Shown here piece by piece: positions 9,284 to 18,200 of a stretch of 64,000 nucleotides of DNA. The stretch is from Patescibacteria group bacterium (GTDB lineage: Bacteria > Patescibacteriota > Minisyncoccia > Phycocordibacterales > Phycocordibacteraceae): assembly GCA_004322365.1 (NCBI GenBank), contig SCTS01000005.1, positions 67,697 through 131,696 on the forward strand, in the 5' to 3' direction. The stretch's first letter is position 1. Every line of letters starts with the position of its first letter. The notes under the pieces were generated by a model. It did no database searches, was not told the origin of the DNA, and worked only from the letters and a program-made list of their open reading frames with translations. Made by a program: the position numbers and the translations under genes.

Positions 9284-9764
9284 AATAACTTTATTCATGC
9301 ATGATATGCATCTAACCCCAGAACCTACAAAACGAGGATCAAAGAACCCCCTGCTTTACTATTTTATTGCAGTACCACTAACCCTGCTTATGATAATTCC
9401 TGTTGTCATCGCAGATATCTTTTTTGAGATATACCACCAAATAGCCTTCCCCATATACGGAATACCCTGTGTAAAGCGCTCTCGCTACATACGCATCACT
9501 GACAGAGAAAAGCTTCCGTATCTTTCATGGTTTGAAAAGTTAAACTGCGCCTACTGCGGATATGTGAATGGATGGTTACATTATGCGTCAACTATCGCAG
9601 GAAGAACCGAGAGTCATTTTTGCGCAATAGCCCATCTAGAAACGCGTGGCTATATTCCATCGGAACACGAAAAATCTTTCATGAAATACGGCGATGACTC
9701 TGCACTTAAGAAACGCTACGACTCACATCATTTGAAGTACAAAGATACGGAGTCTAGTTCATAA
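9267..9764 (+). CDS. hypothetical membrane protein with Cys/His cluster
   Basis: TM helix (LLYYFIAVPLTLLMIIPVVIADIFF) and a CAYCGY...HFCAIAH cluster. The true start is probably at one of the internal Mets (9297-9311). Confidence 0.35.
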   Translation: MLCLYKITLFMHDMHLTPEPTKRGSKNPLLYYFIAVPLTLLMIIPVVIADIFFEIYHQIAFPIYGIPCVKRSRYIRITDREKLPYLSWFEKLNCAYCGYVNGWLHYASTIAGRTESHFCAIAHLETRGYIPSEHEKSFMKYGDDSALKKRYDSHHLKYKDTESSS

Positions 9765-10490
9765 CCTTGGTTCGCAATATTCTCTTGCTTGAATTTCAAC
9801 AAGCGTACCAGAAGGCACTGAATCAAAAAGCTCTACAACATCTTTATTCTTCATTCGAATACATCCATGTGAGGCAGGGCTCCCAATAAGACCTTCCTCC
9901 TGTGTTCCATGTATATAAATATAGCGAGCGTGCGAATCAACGCCTTCTCCTTTATTTATGTTTGGTTCTTCACCTTGAAGCCACATGATGCGCGTGGTTA
10001 CTACATCTTCAGAAGTGTCGATAGGATTTTTTATGATATCAACCACACGATCAGTCTGCTCGCGTGCAACAAACACCGCTCCTTCAGGTGCTCCATCTCC
10101 TATCTTTTCTTTTATCCTGTGAGTTCCCCACGGCGTTCTCTCGCTTCCTTTTTGTGTACCGACACCATTTTTACTTGTTGATACTGGATATATTTCTATA
10201 ATCTTGTTGTTTTGTATAACATAGAGTTCCTGCTTTTCTGGATTCACGACAATGGCATTCTCCTCGGGTCGGAGTCCAAACTGCGATGTTAGTTTGTGAA
10301 GACTCTCAGTAATATCTTTTAATGCCTCTTCCTTCCGAGCGCTCTCATTTGCTGTACGCACTACTTTCTCACCAACGACTCCTACAGCAACAGCTCCAGC
10401 TGTCGCTAGACCCCAACCAAGAAACCTTCTTCTGTTAAATCCTTTCTTATCAAGAGACTCTTCACTTGGTGTAAAAGAATTTTTATCCAT
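9759..10490 (-). CDS. L,D-transpeptidase (YkuD domain) with Tat-type signal peptide
   Basis: RRRFLGWGLATAGAVAVG twin-arginine signal; catalytic HGTQEEGLIGSPASHGCIRM motif. Confidence 0.8.
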   Translation of the reverse strand: MDKNSFTPSEESLDKKGFNRRRFLGWGLATAGAVAVGVVGEKVVRTANESARKEEALKDITESLHKLTSQFGLRPEENAIVVNPEKQELYVIQNNKIIEIYPVSTSKNGVGTQKGSERTPWGTHRIKEKIGDGAPEGAVFVAREQTDRVVDIIKNPIDTSEDVVTTRIMWLQGEEPNINKGEGVDSHARYIYIHGTQEEGLIGSPASHGCIRMKNKDVVELFDSVPSGTLVEIQAREYCEPRL

Positions 10491-10499
10491 ACTATATTT

Positions 10500-11918
10500 T
10501 TACACAACCTGAATACTGCAGGTGTTTGTACTCCCTGTACTACCAAAAGGAAGTCCGGCAACCAGTATGAAGGTGTCCCCTTTCTTCGCACACTTTTGTG
10601 CAAGAAGCATTTGTTTTGCGAGCGCTATTGCATCTTCAAATTGCTTTACCCTACTTGTGTCCACAACAGGAATGACACTAAAGGAGATATTGAGTTGATG
10701 GGCAACAGCGACATGCGGAGTAAGTGCAACAATAGGAAGATGTGGTTTATGTCGAGCAAGCATGCGGGCAGTACTCCCCGTCTCAGTGAGAGCAACGATT
10801 GCCTTAGCACCAAGTAGATGTGCATCGTATGTTGCAGAGAGTGTTGTGACATCAGTCGCTGTAACTTCACTCATAGGGCGACGCTTTTCCATTGCTTCTC
10901 GGTAGAAATCGCTCGTCTCTGCCCGCATTGCAATGCTAGCCATAGTTCGAACAACAAGCGCGGGATCATCACCTACCGCAGATTCTTGCGAAAGCATCAC
11001 CGCATCAGTACCGTCAAAGACAGCATTGGCAACATCAGCAACTTCAGCTCTCGTTGGCACAGGACTCTCCGTCATTGAGTCGAGCATTTGCGTTGCGGTA
11101 ATAACCGGCTTGCCGAGCTTGCGACACATACGAATCATTCTCTTTTGAAGAAGTGGCACATCTTCTTTTGGTACTTCCACTGCTAAATCACCACGAGCAA
11201 TCATAATGCCATCGGTCACTGCGACAATCTCGTCTAAATTATCTATCGCCGCCTGCGTTTCAATTTTTGCAAAAATAAGAGCCTGACTTTTTTCCTTAAC
11301 AAGAATTTTACGGAGGTCAGTAATATCTTTTGCGGTTTGAACAAACGAAAGTGCCACCATGTCGACATTTTTGGTGAGTCCAAACGCAAGGTCACTTTTG
11401 TCTTTTGCGGTCATGGCACCAATAGGAAGCATTGCTCCGGGCACATTCACGCCCCGGCGACTTCGTATGTGACCACCCGCAACTACCTTTGTGTGAACAT
11501 CTGTTCCCTCAACCTTCACTACCTTGAGTATGTACTTACCATCTTCAAGCATAATGTTCATGCCAGCACGAACACAAGAAGGAAGAGACGAGAGACTCAC
11601 TGAAACAACCTCTTTATTCCCCACTACTTTTCGTGTGGTAATCGTAAACGCATCACCTTTCTTAAGTTCAACTGCACCTTCAGAAAAATCACCGATGCGA
11701 ATTTTAGGACCACAAAGGTCTTGAAGAATGGCAATAGGCTGGCCCGTTGAAGTGGCAGCACTCCGTGCATTATCTATCCTCTCTCCATGCTCTTGGTGGT
11801 CGCCGTGTGAAAAGTTAATGCGAGCAACATTCATTCCTGCATTGATCATGGCCTCAATGACTTTCGGGTGAGTACTCGCAGGACCAAGTGTTGCAACGAT
11901 TTTTGTTTGTTTAGTCAT
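10500..11918 (-). CDS. pyk: pyruvate kinase
   Basis: MTKQTKIVATLGPASTHPKVIEAMINAGMNVARINFSHGDH... full-length PK. The ORF-track start at 11945 was trimmed to the conserved MTKQTK. Confidence 0.9.
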   Translation of the reverse strand: MTKQTKIVATLGPASTHPKVIEAMINAGMNVARINFSHGDHQEHGERIDNARSAATSTGQPIAILQDLCGPKIRIGDFSEGAVELKKGDAFTITTRKVVGNKEVVSVSLSSLPSCVRAGMNIMLEDGKYILKVVKVEGTDVHTKVVAGGHIRSRRGVNVPGAMLPIGAMTAKDKSDLAFGLTKNVDMVALSFVQTAKDITDLRKILVKEKSQALIFAKIETQAAIDNLDEIVAVTDGIMIARGDLAVEVPKEDVPLLQKRMIRMCRKLGKPVITATQMLDSMTESPVPTRAEVADVANAVFDGTDAVMLSQESAVGDDPALVVRTMASIAMRAETSDFYREAMEKRRPMSEVTATDVTTLSATYDAHLLGAKAIVALTETGSTARMLARHKPHLPIVALTPHVAVAHQLNISFSVIPVVDTSRVKQFEDAIALAKQMLLAQKCAKKGDTFILVAGLPFGSTGSTNTCSIQVV

Positions 11919-12048
11919 GAAATGATTTTTTTTAATATACAACAAAACAACGTAACTATCTATTACTGCATACCATCTAGAAATGTATCCGAAGGTGACA
12001 TCTTTACTGAACGCGCAACAGACAAAATCACAATTTCCTCTGTATATT

Positions 12049-12097
12049 CCCCTGTATAGTATAATCTAACGGTCGTTAGATTATACTATACAGGGGG
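12049..12097. repeat. perfect ~48-bp hairpin/palindrome cccCTGTATAGTataatcTAACGgtCGTTAgattatACTATACAGggg (copy 1 of 2) in the pyk promoter region
   Basis: The two arms are exact reverse complements (23 bp each). A second copy with compensatory arm changes is at 30067-30106. Confidence 0.85.
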
Positions 12098-12122
12098 AAG
12101 CGTGTAGTTATCACTGAAAAAT

Positions 12123-12157
12123 AAAAAACCGCCCTCTGTTTGAGGGCGGTTTTTTTC
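12123..12157. terminator. bidirectional rho-independent terminator
   Basis: aaaaaaCCGCCCTCtgtttgAGGGCGGttttttt: an 8-bp GC stem with an A-run on one side and a T-run on the other. Confidence 0.75.
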
Positions 12158-12206
12158 TTATCAGGACTAGTGCTAGTTCGACTTGAGAACGCAGAACGCT
12201 TCGTGC

Positions 12207-12779
12207 CTAGTGAGCTGTGTGGCCTGTGTAGGATTTTGCTGCGGACTGGAAATATGTTTCTCCATTGTCCGACAAATGAGCGACGAATGATTGAGCTTTA
12301 TCTTTAAGCAATCCATATGTTCCCTTAAGTCCTCCCCAGACGACACCTTGCGCAACCGCTAGAGCAAAAGCTCCTGCAATAACTGGTGTCATCAATTGTG
12401 CTCCAACTCTTCCCCATGGAGTTTGCCACTCAGAAATCTTTGATACGACACCACCCACATACATTTTCTTTGCTTTTTCCATTTCTGAAATTATAGTCGC
12501 ACCAACGCGAACTAACCAATGAAACGGTGCCAACACAACATCACCAGTTGTACCAAGCGCGCGTGCAGTACCATTTGAGAATTCATTCATTCCAAAAGAT
12601 GTCTGCTGAACATTTACTCCGCCAGTTTCTCCTGGTCTATAAACCAAATTTTGAGCCCTCCTTCCTTCGGAACCAAGATACCGCGGTATTGCAATACTTT
12701 CAGCTCGTGCGATAGGAGTCATTCTTCGTCCTCCGTACACCTCGTCATTGGCACTGTTAAATCTTTCTGGTGTAGACAT
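12207..12779 (-). CDS. hypothetical protein
   Basis: 190-aa ORF with a C-terminal hydrophobic region; no recognisable motif. Confidence 0.4.
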   Translation of the reverse strand: MSTPERFNSANDEVYGGRRMTPIARAESIAIPRYLGSEGRRAQNLVYRPGETGGVNVQQTSFGMNEFSNGTARALGTTGDVVLAPFHWLVRVGATIISEMEKAKKMYVGGVVSKISEWQTPWGRVGAQLMTPVIAGAFALAVAQGVVWGGLKGTYGLLKDKAQSFVAHLSDNGETYFQSAAKSYTGHTAH

Positions 12780-13176
12780 AATGATTTTATAAATTATAAT
12801 TCTGCTTTTTTTGTTAAGGAAGTACTATACTCTCAACGTGTAGCCTGTCAAATGCAACCTGAGCATACGCCGTCACTCATAGAAACCTTTCCCGCATTCA
12901 CATCTAATAAAATAAAAGTACTCCTTAAGTTAAGGTGCTCCGACCTTTTCTTTTCAAGAAAAACTTATCGCAAAGGACACAAGCCAGCTGCGCACATTAT
13001 GCACTTTGGGTTATGTGCACATACGCACTTGCAATTACTCTCTGTCTCTACATTTGTTGATATGTTTTCCATGGATATTATTGTTCCATAATTGAACGGA
13101 AATGTCAATAGGTTTCGCTTCACCTAGAGACCGTGTTAGTGGCACACAAGTGATGAAGTAGATCCTTGCTGATATA

Positions 13177-14817
13177 TTAGGAAAAATGTAAGTTCGGCCA
13201 TTCGTCTTCAAGTTTTGAAACAAGAAAGTCGCCAGATACACGCTCCGGGAAAATAACATAGTCAGCTCCCGCTTCTTTAAGGGTCTGCTCTTGGTCAGCA
13301 TCTACTGTTCGAACTACCACTTGGGCTTTCACTTTTTTGATTTGGCACGCATCAAGAAGTGCCAAACTATCTCTCATTCCACTCGCGGTCGAAATGATAA
13401 GGTGCGCAGTTTCAAGTTGAAGATTTTCAATTATTTCAGGATCACTTATGTCACCATAGAGCGTGTGATATCCCTGATCTCTAAGTCGTCGAACCGTGGT
13501 TGGATTGTAATCTAGCACAAGCATTTCTATGTTCGCCTTTCTCAAATATTCAATAACTGCCTTGCCTACACGGTCTGCACCAATAACAACTACATGCTTT
13601 GAAAGCTGAGGAAGAATTGCATCAGGAAGCATGTCAACCGCTTCCCGACTTTGGAACCTCGCAACAAAAGGCTTCGTGAATCTATAGATGGACTCCGAAT
13701 GATTTATAAGTACAGACGAAATCATAATGGAGAGCACCGCGGAGCCCGCAATAACAGCAAGTGCCGACTCAGAAGCAAAGCCATGCTCAACAGCAAGGAG
13801 GACAATGATGAGGGAAAACTCCGACACCTGCGTCATATTTAAAGATGTATGGAAAAGAGTGCGTTTTCTGAATTTGAAAAAGCTTAATCCAAACAGATAC
13901 GCAAAAGGCTTCACGGAGAGCGCAAGTATTGTAAATCCAATAATCATCGGCAAGGAATCCCTAATACCCACAAGGTTGACTTGGGAGCCGATGTATATGA
14001 AGAACAACGCAACAAAAAAATCTCGGATTGGCTTTACTTTAGCTTGAATCTGGATTTGATATGGGGAAGAAGCAAGCGCAACGCCAGCAAGAAACGCACC
14101 AATAACAACAGAGAAACCAGCTAAAACCGCGACTGAAGTAAAAATGAAACACCAAGTAATCGCCGTTAAAAACAAAAGCTCAATGGATTTTGCAACGCCA
14201 TTAAATAATGTAGGTAGAATATAGCGAGATATAAGAAATGCGATACCAATCAACCCAGCTGCTTTGACTGCAAAGAGTGCAAGAGGTATCAGCACCGCTG
14301 TACTAAATCCATAGGAAATAATATTTTCCGTAATAGCAACCATTGCAATGATGGCAACCAAGTCTTCTATAAGAAGAATGCCTATGGAGAGCTTTCCATA
14401 GAGAGACGCTGTATCACGCTTTTCAGAAAGCATCTTCACGATGACAATCGTAGAAGCAAACGCGAGCGCGATACCTAAGACCCCAGCTTCTATTCCCGAA
14501 AAACCAAAAAATGTTGCGAGGGCAAAACCAGCCGCTGAAGAGAGAACAATCTGAAAAAGAGTTGCAAAAATAATCGGGCGACCCAAAGAGCGAATCTCAC
14601 TCAAATTGAGCTCCATCCCAATCAAAAACAAAACGAATGCAATACCTATCTCAGGCAGTGTATGGAGAATCGTTGAACCTGAAAAGCTCAACGCGGACAA
14701 TGCAACTCCTGCCAAGAGATACGCCATAACCAGAGGTAGTCGAAATCGCATCGCCACATACCCAATGACGCAGGCAAGCGAAAGCATAACGGCAAGCTCC
14801 ACAAAAACACTATCCAT
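13177..14817 (-). CDS. monovalent cation:proton antiporter (CPA2/Kef-type) with C-terminal RCK/TrkA-N domain
   Basis: ~12 TM helices followed by VVVIGADRVGKAVIEYLRKANIEMLVLDYNP (a Rossmann GxGxxG of TrkA-N). Confidence 0.8.
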   Translation of the reverse strand: MDSVFVELAVMLSLACVIGYVAMRFRLPLVMAYLLAGVALSALSFSGSTILHTLPEIGIAFVLFLIGMELNLSEIRSLGRPIIFATLFQIVLSSAAGFALATFFGFSGIEAGVLGIALAFASTIVIVKMLSEKRDTASLYGKLSIGILLIEDLVAIIAMVAITENIISYGFSTAVLIPLALFAVKAAGLIGIAFLISRYILPTLFNGVAKSIELLFLTAITWCFIFTSVAVLAGFSVVIGAFLAGVALASSPYQIQIQAKVKPIRDFFVALFFIYIGSQVNLVGIRDSLPMIIGFTILALSVKPFAYLFGLSFFKFRKRTLFHTSLNMTQVSEFSLIIVLLAVEHGFASESALAVIAGSAVLSIMISSVLINHSESIYRFTKPFVARFQSREAVDMLPDAILPQLSKHVVVIGADRVGKAVIEYLRKANIEMLVLDYNPTTVRRLRDQGYHTLYGDISDPEIIENLQLETAHLIISTASGMRDSLALLDACQIKKVKAQVVVRTVDADQEQTLKEAGADYVIFPERVSGDFLVSKLEDEWPNLHFS

Positions 14818-14911
14818 GTAGAGGATTATACTCTGAACAAGGCTCTATTAATACCTAAAGGTATGCAAAAGGAGTTTGCATTAACTCATTCGTCATTGGA
14901 GCGAACGCAGG

Positions 14912-15037
14912 TTACTTTCTTTTCTTTTTGCTTGTTTTTGCGGCGAGCATCACTTTCTTTGCCGCAAGGCGTTTTGCAGTTTTGTGAGGACTCTTGTGTT
15001 TCTTGAGCGAACTTACGCCATGACTGTTATTTCCCAT
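14912..15037 (-). CDS. possible 41-aa highly basic small protein
   Basis: Manual translation MGNNSHGVSSLKKHKSPHKTAKRLAAKKVMLAAKTSKKKRK*. Not assignable to a family, and it lies within the structured leader region. Confidence 0.2.
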   Translation of the reverse strand: MGNNSHGVSSLKKHKSPHKTAKRLAAKKVMLAAKTSKKKRK

Positions 15038-15072
15038 ATGTATTTTTTATTAGTAAGTATGCCCCATTGTAC

Positions 15073-15173
15073 TACCTGCGGAGCATTCGAGCGAAATGAA
15101 TCCCGATCTTGTATCGGGATTCATTTCCGAGGATGCGAACGCAGGCAACCTTAGTTACCTGCGGAGCATTCGA
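15073..15173 (-). promoter_or_regulatory. structured leader upstream of the antiporter gene: 18-nt direct repeat TACCTGCGGAGCATTCGA (x2) flanking a 15-bp-stem hairpin, with alternative CGCAGG/CCTGCG pairings
   Basis: Direct repeats at 15073-15090 and 15156-15173. Hairpin GAAATGAATCCCGAT-cttgta-TCGGGATTCATTTC at 15093-15127. GCGAACGCAGG occurs at 14899 and 15134 and is complementary to the ACCTGCG segments of the direct repeats. Confidence 0.3.
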
Positions 15174-15252
15174 TAAAAAAGACGAGGTGAGATCAGTCAC
15201 GATTTTATGCCTTGCTCCGCTTGCAAGCCATATTAGTTGCACATACTCAAGA

Positions 15253-18200
15253 CTATCGAGCGGAAGAGGATTGTGACAAAGGCTGAGCTACTAAGTTTTG
15301 TATGAAAGCTATCGTTGCGGTGCCAAGTATGCCAGTTCCACGAGTAAGACCAAGAGGCGCGAGAATATCAGTAGCGTGCGCTTCCTGGAACTTAACTAAC
15401 GCGTTATAGGTCATTGGACCAAAGTGGTTCGTCTCACTCCCTAATGCACCACTGCCTCGCGGTGCCAGTATGAAACCTTGCGCGTTGAGAAATTTTTGTA
15501 ACTGGCGTACATCTTCTCCAATAGAACCAGCACGCAGAGAACGAGTAAATAGTGCCGTCTGAGAATTTACCGCGACTATATGTTTTTCTGGTGTGCTCGT
15601 TGCGACAGTGTTAGAGACGCTGTCGTTGTTTGTGTTCTTTGGAACAGAATACAGAGGCAGTGTAGGAGCTACTGATCCCTGACAACCACCTTCAGGCAGG
15701 CTACTGTTCCATCCTGGTGACATTGGACCAGAACACCAAAGGAGCCCACCACTTGTACTAGTGCTCGAACTGCTCGACGATTCGGTCGTACCAAACAAAG
15801 CAAAATCTGAAAATGCGGTCGTGCTGCATGTAACTGTTTTAGCTCCCGTGTCGACCGAACAGTCAGAAAGCGCACTCCATGTGGAACTATCGTAACGGTA
15901 GATAAGAAGCGATGTCTCAGTAATTCCAACTACATCGCTCGATGTATAGGAAAGCGTTACAGTAAGAGCGGTTGAAAATGTAGCGAGTGTCGTCGTCGCA
16001 TCAGTGAGTGCAACAAGGTTATATACGGTACTTCCTGCACGCGTCTTACCGCTCACCGTACCCGCAGAAGCAAAGAAAGACGTGCCGTCTAAAAGATGCG
16101 CTTGGAACGTTGCTGAGCTTGATGTTGCAGTGAAGGACGTTGGTACAGTGAGCGTAAGCCTGCCTTCTGTGAGTGTGCCTCCTGCTGTAGTTGTAATAGT
16201 ACCCGCGCCAGTCGAAGATACTACCGCCCCTCCAGTGCAACCGATTGTGCGAAATGTCGCGGCACTACTGGTTGCTGTATTTGATGAAGCGTCGGTGCTC
16301 TCAACATTGTAGTAATATCGCGCGCACGCTTTGAGTCCAGTCAACGTTACAGAGTGGCTCGTTGTGCGTGGTGAGGTGTCCGTCTCTGGCGTCGAAGTTC
16401 CATAACTTGAGATAATGCCAAAATTTACTTTTGTTGAAGCAATTTCGTCAGTCGTCCAAGTAATCGTTGCGGTGGTAGAAGCTGTTGTTGTGGCAACAGC
16501 CGAAATAGCTGTGCTCACATTATCTACAGTAAACGAAACGCTAGTCGAAGTTGCGTAGTTACTTGAAGTATCACGAGCAACCGCAAATGCACTGTGACTA
16601 GCACTGGTGGTTGCCGTTGAATCCCACACAATGCCGTACGTTGATGTGGTATCTTCACTCCCCTGCAACACTCCGTCAACGTAAAACGATACTCCTGCCA
16701 CACCAATAGTGTCGGATGCAGTTGCGGTAAGTGAGACGCTCGCACCTGAAACAGTAGCGCTCGCTGTAGGCGCAGTAAGCGATACAGTGGGCGCCGTCGT
16801 ATCAACTGTCGCTCCATACTCGTACGCACCAATATCAACCGACGCAACTCGCGCGCCACCACGCTGGTCGAGCGTTGGTACCGATATTGATCCGTTTGTT
16901 CCTCCATATCCGCTGTTAACGGCAATAGAAGAAGCGCTGGTAATGGCAAGTGTCTGTGTTTTCAAGACACCATTATCTGCAAGAGTAGAATCTAAGCTGA
17001 GAGTGCCACTGCCACCATTTGAATTAGTAAACGTGCCATCTCCAGAACCTGATGATCCTTGCAAATCGACATAGGTACTGGTAGCTACCGTTATGTTTGA
17101 ACTTGAGTATTTCCCAAAAATGTTCGCGCCATTGTCAGTATAGGTTCCTGAACTGCCTTTGTAGATATCGTAGAAAGAACCAGTAAGTGCAACGCCAGAC
17201 TTATAGTTGCTCGAAATTATATTGTTCTTGAGCTGTACGGTATAGGAAGTATCTGGACTAAACCAAAGACCTGCTCCATTTGCCGTCCCGCCGTTTTGAA
17301 TATCGTTATACGCAATAGTGGAGTTGGTAATGCTACCGCTACCGCTCCTGTATGCCACACCACCACCGCCAACAGTGGCAGACGACGCTTGTTGTGTGTT
17401 GAATGCAACAGTTGAATTAGTAATGTTCATCGGGCCCGTAGTGGTGGTACCACTCCACAATCCACCTCCCTGAGAAACACCCGTGTTGTATGAAATCGTA
17501 CTGTCGATAACCGTGAGCGAACCACCGTTTGTAGAATCCTGCTGAGCTACGCCACCACCATACCCGTTAACATAATTGTTCGTGATGAGCGCTCGCTGTA
17601 TTGTTGTCGTGCCTTGACTATAGATACCACCACCCGCAGAACTTGAACTCGTGATACGTCCATGTCGGATAGTAACATCATTAAACGTAACCACTTTCCC
17701 AGTCGATGTCGTGAACACACGTCGATCACCGGTGGTAGAAGCGGTCGCAGACTGAATGATGGTACTGCTGGCGCTTTGTCCCTGAATAATCAACTCTTTG
17801 CCGATAGTATACCCACTAGTCGCTATGTCCCCTGTCTCTCCTGCATCCGTCCATGTGAATGTGCCCGTAAGATTGAGCGTGTCACCAGCGCTTGCGGATG
17901 TATATCCTTTGTGAAAGCTCGCATACGGGGTACCTGAAGAACCATCTCCCGTCGAATCGTTACCGGTCGAGCTGTTTATATAGAGCGTTGTAATAGTATG
18001 CGATGCTTGCGTGTTTGGGTTGTTCGACGCAGTCGCAGTCTGATATACCTCTGTTCCTGAGGTTACGCCGTTATACTCAAATACTTGAACGATATATGTT
18101 GTGGCACCAGTGAGCCCTGTCACCGTGACGCTCGAGCCTAGTCCTTCATATATTGCGTACCAACCAGACGAACCAATCTGTGTTCCTGAGCCAAAAACTG

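Noticed and set aside
12651-13091. 146-aa plus-strand ORF in the gap between the antiporter gene and the 12207-12779 gene
   Set aside because: It is Ser/Cys/His-rich and low complexity with no motif. The region contains palindromes (ATGTGCACAT, GCACATTATGCAC) more consistent with a non-coding regulatory spacer. Left unannotated.
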